Source of the DNA: Lama guanicoe
Taxonomy: Eukaryota
Direction of reading: 5' to 3'
Assembly: GCA_013239625.1 (NCBI GenBank)
Contig: MU054001.1
Location: 4,566,167-4,630,166 of the forward strand
Length of the DNA: 64,000 bases
Position 1 is the stretch's first letter. The number at the start of each line of letters is the position of its first letter. Made by a program: the position numbers and the translations under genes. Positions 24,331-34,770 of the stretch are shown here, piece by piece. The notes under the pieces were generated by a model. That model saw only the letters and a list, made by a program, of their open reading frames with translations, was not told the origin of the DNA and ran no database searches.

Positions 24331-24834
24331 GAGCTGCTTGGCAGTTACTTTTTTTATTTCCTTTGTTTCACAGAATGAAAAAAACTTTAACATTTTGCAA
24401 TGCTCACTTTAATTGCAGACAACGTGAATAACACACAAAAATATAGAGAAGAAAATAAAAATTCCCCAAATGCCCCCCTACAGAGCAGCGCCCTTTCATT
24501 TGGGGAACACTCCTCATTTTACCTCCCTTAGCTTTCTCTCTACCGACCTTTGCAAAGGGCATTAAGAAATGCTTGGTCAGGCCCCTGCTTGAATATCGTA
24601 GGTGACTAATTTTGGGATTGAAGATGAAGGAGGTTTTGTGGTGCCCTTAAAAAACTTGAAATTGGAGTCCAGGAAGTTTTAGATGGTTTTCAACAACTGA
24701 AAAACTGTTGAAAAGGGAACCTCTGGGGGGCTGGTGGTTTTGTGTAGGCAACATTCAGTGGTAACAGCGAACTTTTATTGAGTCCTTAGTACATTCCAGG
24801 CATTAGATATAAGTAGTCTGTGTTCAGTTCGCTC

Positions 24835-25790
24835 TTTCTTTTTTTTCTAATTTTTTTGTTGTGGTAAAAAACATATAACATAAAACTTACTTACTGTCTT
24901 AACCATTTTCGAGTGTACGGTTCAAGGTATTAAGCACATTCACATTGTTGTGCAGCCATCACCACCATCCACCTCTGTAACTCTTTTCATCTTGTAAAAC
25001 TGAAACTCGATACCGATTAAACAGTAACTACCCATTGCCCTCCTCCTCCCAGCCCCTGGCGACTACCATTCTTTCTGTCTCTATGGATTTGATTACTCTA
25101 GGTACCTCATATAAAAGTGGGATCATACAGTATTTGTCGTTAGCATAATGTCCTCAAGGTTCATCCACGTTGGGACATATTGCAGAATTGCTTTCCTTTT
25201 AAAGGCCGAATAACATTCCATTGTATAGTTATACCGTATTTTGTTTATTCATTCATCTGTCGAGACACACGGGGTTGTTTCCATCTCTTGGCTATTGTGA
25301 TTAATGCTGCTGTGAACATGAGTATATGAATATCTTTTTGGGACTGTGCTTTCGGTTCTTTTGAATATATACCCAGAAGTGGAATTTCTGGATCACATGG
25401 TAATTCTACATTTTACCTTTTGAGGGATGGTCCTACTATTTTTCTATAGTGGCTGCACCATTTTATATTCCCACCAACAATGCACAAGGGTTCCGGTTTC
25501 TCCTTCCTTAGCCAATACTTGTTATTTCCTGGGTTGGTTTTTTTTTCTTTTTTTTGATAGTAGCCATCCTAATGTGGGAGGGGGTATCTTGTTGTAGTTT
25601 TGATTTGCATTTCCCTAATGATTAGTAATGTGGAGCATCTTCTTATGTACCTGTTGCCCATTTGTATGTCTTCTTTGAAGAAATGTCTATTGAAGTCTTT
25701 TACCGCTTTTTAAATCAGCTTGTTCTTTTTGTTGTTGCTGCTGAGTTTTCGGAGTTCTCCATCTATTCTGGACATATGAGTTGCAAATAT
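24835..25790 (-). mobile_element. L1 (L1MB-like) 3' UTR and ORF2 end
   Basis: tgtggtaaaaaacatataacataaaa...cacattgttgtgcagccatcaccaccatcc...atacccagaagtggaatttctggatca...ttgatttgcatttccctaatgattagt. Confidence 0.9.
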
Positions 25791-26001
25791 TTTCTTTCAG
25801 TCTGTGTCAGTTTTCTTTTAATCTCAAAATACCTCTATGGAGTTGATGACATTATGATCACTGAGAGGAGGAACTGAACTGAGAGTCAGGGAAGTCATTG
25901 GCTTTCCCCAGATCGTGCAGATGATCAGAGGCAGAGCTGATAATGGCACTTCAGCATTTGAATCCTGATTCTGGGGAGGAGTTAAGGTTTAAGATGCCAC
26001 A

Positions 26002-26160
26002 GGGAACTATATTCGATTTCTTGTAATAACATAATGGAAAAGAATCTGAAGAGAAAAAATATGTATGTATGTATATGTATAACTGAATCTCTTGGCTGTA
26101 CACCTGAAACTAACATTGTAAATCAACTACACTTCAATAAGAAATTGAAAAAAAAAAAAA
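26002..26160 (+). mobile_element. Short sense-oriented L1 3' end with poly(A)
   Basis: gggaactatattcg...aactgaatctcttggctgtacacctgaaactaacattgtaaatcaactacacttcaataa...A13. TSD AAG(A/G)TGCCACA at 25991-26001 and 26159-26169, at a TTT|AAGA site. Confidence 0.85.
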
Positions 26161-26433
26161 GGTGCCACAAGGCCATCCTGATGAAAACCCATGTGAAGGT
26201 ATTTGGGGCACCCTCACGACAAGGAGCCTGACTCGTCCTTTCTCCCTCAGGCTTACCACACACCCCTGCTGCTGTTCTCCACGTGGGCCGCTTTGAGATG
26301 CTTGCTTCTCTGCTGTGCTGTCAGGAAAGGCATCCTGGAAGGTTCTCTCTTGGTCCTCTGGGCTGGATGGATCAGAGGTGGATGCCATCATGCACATCAA
26401 TTCAGCTCAGCCCCTGGCATGTGACAGCCCTTT

Positions 26434-26862
26434 ATTTATTCATTAAATTTTTTTAAAATTGAAGTATAGTTGATTTACAATTTGTGTTAGCTTCTGGTGT
26501 ACAGAAAAGTGATTCATATATATTCTTTTTCATTATAGGCTATTACAAGATATTGAATATAGTTCCCTTGCTATACTGTAGAACCTTGTTGTTTATTTTA
26601 TATATAGTAGTTTGTATCTGCTAATCCCAAACTCCTAATTTATCCCTCTCTCCCTTTCCCCTTTGGTGACCATAAGTTTGTTTTCTGTCTGTGAGTCTGT
26701 TTCTGTTTTCTAAATAAGTTCACTTGTATCGCGTTTTTAGATTCCACATATAAGTGATATATATATTTGTCTTTCTCTGTCTGACTTATTTCACTTAGTA
26801 TGATAATCTCTAGTTCCATCCATGTTGCTGCAAATGGCATTATTTCATTCTTTTTTTATGAC
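26434..26862 (-). mobile_element. 5'-truncated L1
   Basis: ttgaagtatagttgatttacaat...; ORF 26640-26840(-) [31 protein letters not shown](A/G)CAGCCCTTT at 26422-26433 and 26863-26874. Confidence 0.9.
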
Positions 26863-26887
26863 TGGCAGCCCTTTTTAATAAGCAGAG

Positions 26888-27090
26888 TTTTTTTTTATTT
26901 TACTTTTTTAATTGAAGTCTAGTCAGTTTACAATGTTGTGTCAATTTCTGGTGTACAGCATAATGCTTCAGTCATACATGAACATACATATATTTGTTTT
27001 CATATTCTTTTTCACTGTAAGCTACTACAAGATAGTGAATATAGCTCCCTGTGCAGTACAGTATAAACTTGTTTATCCATTTTATATATA
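26888..27090 (-). mobile_element. L1 3' end fragment
   Basis: T-tract then attgaagtctagtcagtttacaatgttgtgtcaatttctggtgtacagc..., the same type as the 6.8-kb element. Confidence 0.85.
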
Positions 27091-29234
27091 CCATTCAGCA
27101 TCTTTATCTTTAGAAAATTCTTCTGAAACTCTGTCGGGCCTTAGAAAAGGGACACATGGAAGCACCTGTGTCTCAAGGGCCGAGTGGATCAGACCTGGAT
27201 GTTAGGGTCAGTTTTTAGCTGCTTCATTCATTCACTCCCTCACTCATTCACATCGTGGTGTGATTTTTTTTTTTTTTCCAGCAAGGAGATTCCCCTGGTC
27301 TCAAGTTTCCGGAGGCACCCGGTACAATCTCGATTCCAATTAGCTTAATTGCTTCATATTAGACTTCTTAGAAAAGATTTTTTTCCTGCTGATGGCTGCG
27401 GTTCCAGGAATGTCCACCCCCACCGTCTTCCTTCCTGCCCTTTCCCAAGCTTGTTTCTTTCAACTCTATTTCTCCAGGACTGGCGTACACCTCAGTCCTG
27501 TTAGTCCCAGTGCTATAGCCCCTGTTCACATTGGAGTGGCCAAAGCAGGGTGGAGAAGGCACCAGGAAAAAATTATATATGATAATATAAAACATTACTA
27601 TGAAGTCCATATATATCATAAGTATATCCTGATACATACACGTATCTCTTTAAATGGAAAATGCCTTTTTAGTTGTATGTGTATGTTTCAGTGAAAGAAC
27701 TTGGACACAGACCATACCCTGAGCTCTGACCCTGTCCCTTTTCCTTTTGCCATCAACACCAGATTTTTTAAAAAGTGCTTTCAACAACCAGAGGAAACAG
27801 TTACATCCTGATTGACACACAGGATGTTGGAGCAGCATTCTTGCTGTTAAGTGATCAGGATTTCAGCCAAGGGAATATAATGAAATCCACATAAAAATTT
27901 ATTTACCTAATGAAAATCCTGGAGTAATGCATAAGTGGTTCTCTGATAATAAAATGCAAATCTAAAACTATAACCAGGAGGACAATAATCTTCATTAAAC
28001 GTATTGTCTAGAGGAAGCCCATGACATCCACTTAACAGTGATTTGATTTGTTTAGTAATTTCCACGTAATATTTAAACTTTATTTCGAGCCTTAAAAACC
28101 CACCCATGAGTTTCTTTCCCATCGAGGAGGAGGGCAGCTGCTGGAGGGCGAGGATGCCGGCCTGTCAGGGGTTCAGGGCCTCTGCTACGGGGCACCCTAG
28201 AACACGGTCCCTTTCTAGGCATCTCAGTGTTTGCCGGAGAGGTGGGGTCCCAGGAGAGACAGCAAGGGGTCAGGTTTCCTTCTGTGCAAGACTCAGAAAA
28301 GCGCCTGTTCTGCTGGAAAACGTAAGATCTGACGACCCGAAAGCCTCGGAGAGGGAGGAAGTGAGTCTGCCAGGTTTCTCCTGGAGCCCAGGTCTCCCAG
28401 CCCAGTGCTCCAGCCTCCCTGAGATCTGAGCAGGGCTGAGGACTTAAGTGATGCTCTCCTGTCACATGAGTGCTGGGTGAACATCTCTACAGGTGCTTTC
28501 CTGGCCCAGGATCTCCAGTGGCCTCCCTCCTCCTCTTCTCCAGTAGGACTGGAGTCAGTTGGAAGCAGGTTAGCAGTGCTTTGGAAGCGGGGCTAATCCA
28601 GGGTGGGAACCCGGCTCTGCCACCCATCAGCAGAGTGACAGTGGGTGTGTCCTCAGCCTCCATGAGGCTCAGTGTCTTCATCTGGGAAAGGGGTTCTCTA
28701 ATCTCCCAGGACTGCTGTGAGGACTCTAAGGAAACACGAGAGGGAGCCTGTCTAGTGTTGGGCCAGGGGCTACCGTGCCTCGCTGTGGGCTCAGAGGCTT
28801 CCTGGGTAGCTTAGAAGCATGACAGGGAAGAGTTTGTGTCTGGGGCCTTTTGCCCAGTTTGAAACTGATGCTCTAAGCCCTAGAGGAGAAAAGTGGGACT
28901 TTAAAATATCATTTAAAATCTTTTGGGATTTTACATTTTTGGTGATCACAAAATCCCAAATAGCAGATTCGGGCTGTTGGGGAGGGGTGTGTGTGTACTT
29001 GTGTGCGTGTGTACCCGTGTGCTTGTACGTGTGTGTGAAATTTTCCCATCAAATAAAATATTAACCCTCTTCCCAAGCCTTTCTTTTCCCTCTTCCTCTT
29101 TTTTTCTCCCTATCAAGTTACAGCTTTTTTTTTTTTTCTTGGACACGATGCAGAGTGCCGTGAAAAGATATTAAAATGAATGAAAGATAACAAATCACCT
29201 ATCATCTGAGCCAAGAATCTCTTTCCAAAGGGAG

Positions 29235-29445
29235 CATGGTTCCGTGGTTAAGAGCACAGACCTTTTCAGATGGCAGCTCAGAGCTCACTAGCTGTGCGCC
29301 CTTGTCCTCTCTGAGCCTCGGTTTCCTTGCCTGGAATACCGCATTAACACTGGTTTTCTGCACAGTCGCGAAGATTAAACAAGATAATGTGTGTACAGTG
29401 CTTAGCAGAGTGCTGGCACTCAGTCAGCGCTTGATAAACGGGCGC
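29235..29445 (+). mobile_element. MIR
   Basis: gtggttaagagcacagac...ctagctgtg...ctctctgagcctcggtttcc...tgcttagcagagtgctggcac...gcgcttgataaa. Confidence 0.8.
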
Positions 29446-29854
29446 TGCTTTGTTGTTGTCGGAGGAGAGGTTGCGCCGAACAGAGGCCTCGTGAAATGGA
29501 GAAGTGAGGCTCTTATCCAGGTGGTGATGCCAGCCGCCGGCAGGCCAGCCAGCCCTAATGTCTCGAGCTCCCATCCAACGGCTGGCTCAGGTTACTCCCG
29601 GCCCATTAGCGATGCTGGTCAGAGCTTGGAGTCTCTTAAGTTCAAGGTCGATCGCAGGCCTTGTCCCCCACAAGGGCTTCTTTGCTTTGTCGAGTCATTA
29701 GTCACCAGGGTGGCCTGATGAGAGAATGGGGATGACTCAGTGCTGCCCATCCCCTCTTCTGGGCCACACCCCAGGGCAAGGCCACGTGGGCAGAGGGTCC
29801 ACAGGGTCGGTCATCCAGAGGAATTGAGAATTCACTCACATTTCTGGAAAAGCA

Positions 29855-29975
29855 GTTAAATCCTGGCTCTGCGGCTGCCTACCTGGGCAAGTCATTTAAC
29901 TAGTCTGAGCCTCAGTTTTCTCATCTGCTAAATGGGAGCAGCAGTAGAATCTCATCTCAGGTTGCTTTGAGGAGG
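29855..29975 (+). mobile_element. MIR fragment
   Basis: aaatcctggctctgc...gggcaagtcatttaac...tgagcctcagttttctcatctgctaaatggg. Confidence 0.8.
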
Positions 29976-32539
29976 CTGTAAGCTGGGTGGAACGTGCTTA
30001 TAGCCTGCGGTAAGCAATCCTGTTGTCATTCTCCCAGGAGAACTTCCTGGAGAAGGAGGGCTCTGACCCTGTAAATGAAGACAGACATGGATAGCTGAGA
30101 AGGAAGGAGATCAGGGGAGAGCTTTGGGCTAAGGGGTGGGGGAAGGGGAAGTAGGAGGATGGAAGGTGCTAGAAAAGCTGTGCTCACTAACAATGTGGTT
30201 CTCATCCCCTCTAATGCAGCTGGGGGCCCAGCAATGGGACATGCATCTGCAGGAGGGAGGAGGAGGCGGCAGCATCTTCTTGGCTTGAAATAACTTGTCT
30301 TCCAAAATTTCTACAGGGATGACTGAGGCAAATGAATGACCTTTCAGCCCAAATGCACCCTCAGCTCTGTGTGTTGGGTGCCTCCCCACCAACACCCCGG
30401 AGTTTCTGCCCAGGCTCTTGTTGGGATTAATCTATCAGCTCGCCAGCCGGGACTGCTGGAGCGCTCTGTGTCGTTCATCTAGCCCGGCTCTCCCCCTAGT
30501 AGGGCAGGGATGCAGTGCTGATTGGTTTTTCGTCCCGGAACCATCTCTGGGGTAGGGAGAAAACCATCCAAGGGCATTCGGTGCATCCTCCAGAGCCCTT
30601 TGGTGAGTGTCAAAGCAAACTCATGGCCTGCCGCTGTCTTTTGAGTGCAGCCTCTTCTGAGCACAGCCTCCGAGGCTGCAGAGGGCCTGGGGCTGTGAGG
30701 GGTTGTAATACCCCAAGGCCTGTGGAGCCCACAAAGGGGCCTGAGTGACAGCCAGACGAGGGCTTCACACACCGGCAACCAGGGGGAGGGAAAGAGAGAG
30801 AGTGCGGCAGGGGCAGGGGGGTGCTGCCAGCCAGGGACAAAGGCAGAGACAGAGAGAAACAAAGGAAGGGAGAAAATCCCCTCTTGTTACAACCTGTGGT
30901 TGAAAGAAAAATGTGGTTCGCTACCCCACAATGCTTTAGAGTGAAACCCTTGGTTCATCTGATTAAAAAAAACAAAACAGGACCTTTCAACTTGCAAGCT
31001 GCACCTCAAGGCCAGGTGTGACACCCTTGTCTGATAGGCTCTTCTGGGCTGGAAACGACCCCCCCCCTCACCTCCAGCCCCACGCATGAATAGTTTGAAA
31101 CCAGAAGAACCAGAGGCAATCAGCTGCTGCCAAATTTCGGAGCAAACATTTTTCTTTCTGGATTTAAATAATTGCATTGCATCCCCAGCTCTGGCTCTCC
31201 TCTAAAACCAGCCCCAAATGACATTTGGCAGGCTAACGATGGTCTGGTTTTCTCCCCCTCCACCCTGTGGGGCTTTCTCAGAGTATTTTCCTCAACGTCT
31301 GGGTAGCTGGCTTTTAAACCAGTTCATTTTTTTTTTCTTTTTGGTTCAGGTCTCAAATTTTATTAAATTTAAATTTTATTCCATTTCAGGCTATAAAATC
31401 TCCAAAAGTGGCTTTGAAAGTGAACAGGTTTTGGCATGTTGGAAATAGGTTACCTCCAATGCAAATAAAAGAGTCTAGCTTCCGAGGAGAACAAGGCTCC
31501 AAGGGTTGGGAAAATGCGTGGAGCGGTTAGAGACCACGGCACAGAAATGGTCAGAGACCAATTTAGAAGCACATATATTTTAAATGAAACGTTTTGTGGA
31601 CATATGGAACCAATACCTTGGCCAGGAGCTCAATTCTGGGGATCAAGTCTTAAGAGCTAAACTTCGTTCCGACTACCCAAGGTGATTTTTAGCAGACAAA
31701 TGAAAGCTCCTTTTTGCTTTCTAGTCTAAGGGGAATCTTAATACATTTTTAAATTATTTGGCATTTTGAATTAATTTTCTTAGAACGAAACGAGATTCTT
31801 AAATTGGGATCTTGTAGGGAAAAGACAGCCAGGTAATTAGTGAGCTGATCTCCTTTTCTGACACACGGATGGAGGGGGGGGAGTCGAACTTCAACCAAGG
31901 TGCACACAAAATCTATTTTAGAGCAAAAATTTCAAAGTAAGCAACACCATCTGTTCTTTAATTATTTCTCCTTATAAAAAAAGTCACTAAATTTATTTGG
32001 GTTACTTAGTTGGAAAGAAATGTCGTTAAGACAGTCAGAACTGGGGCTATTAAAGGCAGATTGTCAATGCTTGTTTGCTAGGCATCCAAGAACTCAAAAT
32101 AGTAAGGGCATCTAAGAGTTGACTTTCTTTTCCAATAAAGCTTGCTCTCAGTTAGGCACGGTTATCTGGCACCTGGGGGACAGTCTTCTGCTGCTCATAT
32201 TTGGGGACACGGGCTCTGGGATCGAGTGGAGGGTTCATACTCCAGCAGGACCATCAGGAGAGAGGAAATGTGAAGCTTTGCCATTCCATGAGCTGATGGG
32301 AGCATGCCCCTCCGAGTGGGGTTAGACCACTGGGGGTGTCCCTGCCCCTTCCAGAGACCTCACCATCCATCCATCCATCTGTCCGTCTGTGCATCCATCC
32401 ATCCATCCTTCCATCATCCATCCAATAATAGGCCCTGTCCTCATGGAATGTAGAGTCTTATGGAAAAGATGACAGTAATCGAACACTCCCCTTGATAAGC
32501 CTGTGATTAACAATGATACATGCTCTTCGGAGTCTAGAC

Positions 32540-32749
32540 CAGCACTGTGCAATAGAACTTTTGGTGATGAGGGAAATGTTCTAGGTCTGCACTGTCTAGT
32601 ACGGTAGCCATGAGCCACATGTGGTTACTGAGCACTTGAAATGTGCCCAGTGTGACTGAAGAACTACTATTTTTAATTTTATTTAATTTTAATTAATTTT
32701 CATTTAAGTAGCCACTTGAGGTTTGTGGCTACTGCATTGGCTAGCACAG
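32540..32749 (+). mobile_element. MER3 (hAT-Charlie)
   Basis: cagcactgtgcaatagaacttttggtgatgagggaaatgttcta...agccacatgtggttactgagcacttgaaatgtg...gtggctactgcattggctagcacag; preceded by the hAT-type target GTCTAGAC. Confidence 0.85.
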
Positions 32750-32890
32750 GGTCAGCCTCAGCATTGCCTGGGAACTTGTTAGAAATGCAGACTCTCAGGC
32801 CCCAGCCCAGATCTGCTGAATCAGACATCTCTGTGAACGAGCCCAGGAATCTGAGTTTCAACAGTGCCTCCAGGTGACTTGTATGCAGTC
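32750..32890 (+). mobile_element. MER5A fragment
   Basis: cagcattgcctgggaacttgttagaaatgcagactctcaggccccagcccagatctgctgaatcaga...ctccaggtga. Confidence 0.8.
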
Positions 32891-33224
32891 TTGCTGTAGA
32901 GGGATGGTGGTTGTGGGTGTGATGCTATAATGCAACTCAGTTGTGGGGAGAGCATGTCAAGGAGTAGGGGGACTGGCTTTCCAATTAATAGAAGGCTTCC
33001 CAGGAAAAGGGGTGATAGAGCTGAGACTGAACTCTGAGTAACTTGGTGAAGACAGTGGGCCTGGCGTGCAGAAGGGTGTTAGAGGTGTTGCTAGTAGGGC
33101 ACACAGCTCATTATGCCCAGAAGGGCTTGGCACATTTGATGAATTCAGGAAAGGCCAGTGTGTTGGAGCATAGAGAAGAGAAGTTTGTGAATTGAGATTA
33201 GAGAGGTTGGTGGATAGAAGACCT

Positions 33225-33350
33225 GTTTCTGCTGGCTGTGTGATTCTGGACTAGTGTCTTAACCTCTCTGGGCCTCAATAAAATAGAGGTAACCATACTT
33301 TGCTACTCACTTATCTAACAGGGTCAAAGGACAGATGGATTAAAGAGAAC
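33225..33350 (+). mobile_element. MIR fragment
   Basis: ctggctgtgtgattctggactagtgtcttaacctctctgggcctca...taaaatagagg. Confidence 0.65.
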
Positions 33351-34472
33351 CACTGGGGTAAGTGGGTGGCCTGGTGGTCTTGCTTTTTAATTTATTTTCT
33401 CTTGTTCTCAAACTACCTTTCCTCCTATCCTCCTACCTCCAGGATTATAGCTCAGCCTGAGAACCCCCTGCCTGCCAGCCTGGCTGTACTCAGCTCTTCT
33501 CATTCAGGCTAAGGCACGTGATGATCCCTGTGGCTCTAGGGTCCAAACCCTGGGTTGGGGTTGGGGACCCATGTTCCAGTTCTTGCCCTGCCTTCTGGGA
33601 AATTCTCTGCAGGCTTCTACTTCTCTTTACTGAGTTGGGAATCTTGGAGGCCCCTACCAGAGCCCTCATCTGGAAGCCCAGGATGGGTTGAGAGAGTGGA
33701 CTTCTGCAAGTGTGTTTTAAAATCAGATGTAACCAAATGCCTTTTGGGGAAAGACTTCACGGTAATTTTAGCAGCATCTTTTCTGTTGTCTAGACCTAAG
33801 ATCAGCATTTTAGGGAAAAGTGTCGAGATAAACTTTCCCCTGCCTCCCTCTGCCCTCCCTTCCCCACCGCCAGGATTCTGTGCACCACACCCCCCTTCCC
33901 AAACGTCAGGTGTCCAGAGCCTCAGCCGAGCCCCAGCTATTTGGCAGCTGAAAGTTTTGTCCCTGGAAGATGCCAGACTTATTTTGAGATCGCAAGTGTG
34001 GTGGATGCTTCTCTGTTGGAAAGACACCAAGTGTCTGGTCTCAGCTAGGGGCTGGTATTTTGGGGGGACCTTAGCAGCTTCTTATTGAAAATAGACATGT
34101 GCTTTTCATCCCTCTCAGAAACCTTTGCAGACAACTGTGTTCCCCAGTACTTGGGGGAGTGCCTTCAGCATAATCATTGCTCAGTTTCGGTTAGTTACTG
34201 CTATTATTATTAATTTCGGTTTTTCTGGGACAGAAATGCTACTCAGGCCTCTCCTTTAGACAAATAGTCATTTACAGCGAACTCTTTGGAATCTTCTTTA
34301 AAAGAACATCCTGGGAAAGCACTGTTAATGGAAAGGAATGAATAGCTAATGGTAGAATTTTAGCCACTGGGTTAAACCCTGATTTGTAGGGGAAGATACC
34401 TTCCAAGCACCTCTCCTGTCATTTTGACTCAATGCCAAAAAACATACTCAGGACCTATGCTGAAATACTGGA

Positions 34473-34770
34473 ACAGAGGTTTGCAAACTGGTTATCCAAG
34501 GACCACATCCAGCGCCGGAATGTTTTGCTTTATTGGCTGCTCAGGCTTGAAATTTGTTTGGAATTAGAACATAACACTGAAAATTCAGGAAACTTTGTAC
34601 AAAAATCCAGATTTCTAGCGTTTCTTCAAAGTAATCAAAAGATCTGGCAGCACTGGCCCCAGTTCCTGTGCAGCCGAGGTGGGCCGGCTCTTCCCGTTTC
34701 CATGAGGGCGTGTGTGTGCTGTAGAAGGCCACAGCTCCCACTGCCCCCTGGTGTATCACGACAAGCCCTC
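34473..34770 (+). mobile_element. MER102/Charlie4-like hAT fragment
   Basis: cagaggtttgcaaactgg...aaaatccagatttctagcgtttcttcaaa...aagatctggcagcactggccc. Confidence 0.65.

Noticed and set aside
27927..27940. ATGCATAAG as the ortholog of the recalled human MHKKR alternative exon
   Set aside because: It continues TGG TTC rather than AAG AGG G|GT, has no convincing phase-1 donor and stops after 12 codons. I found no intact MHKKR exon in the window.
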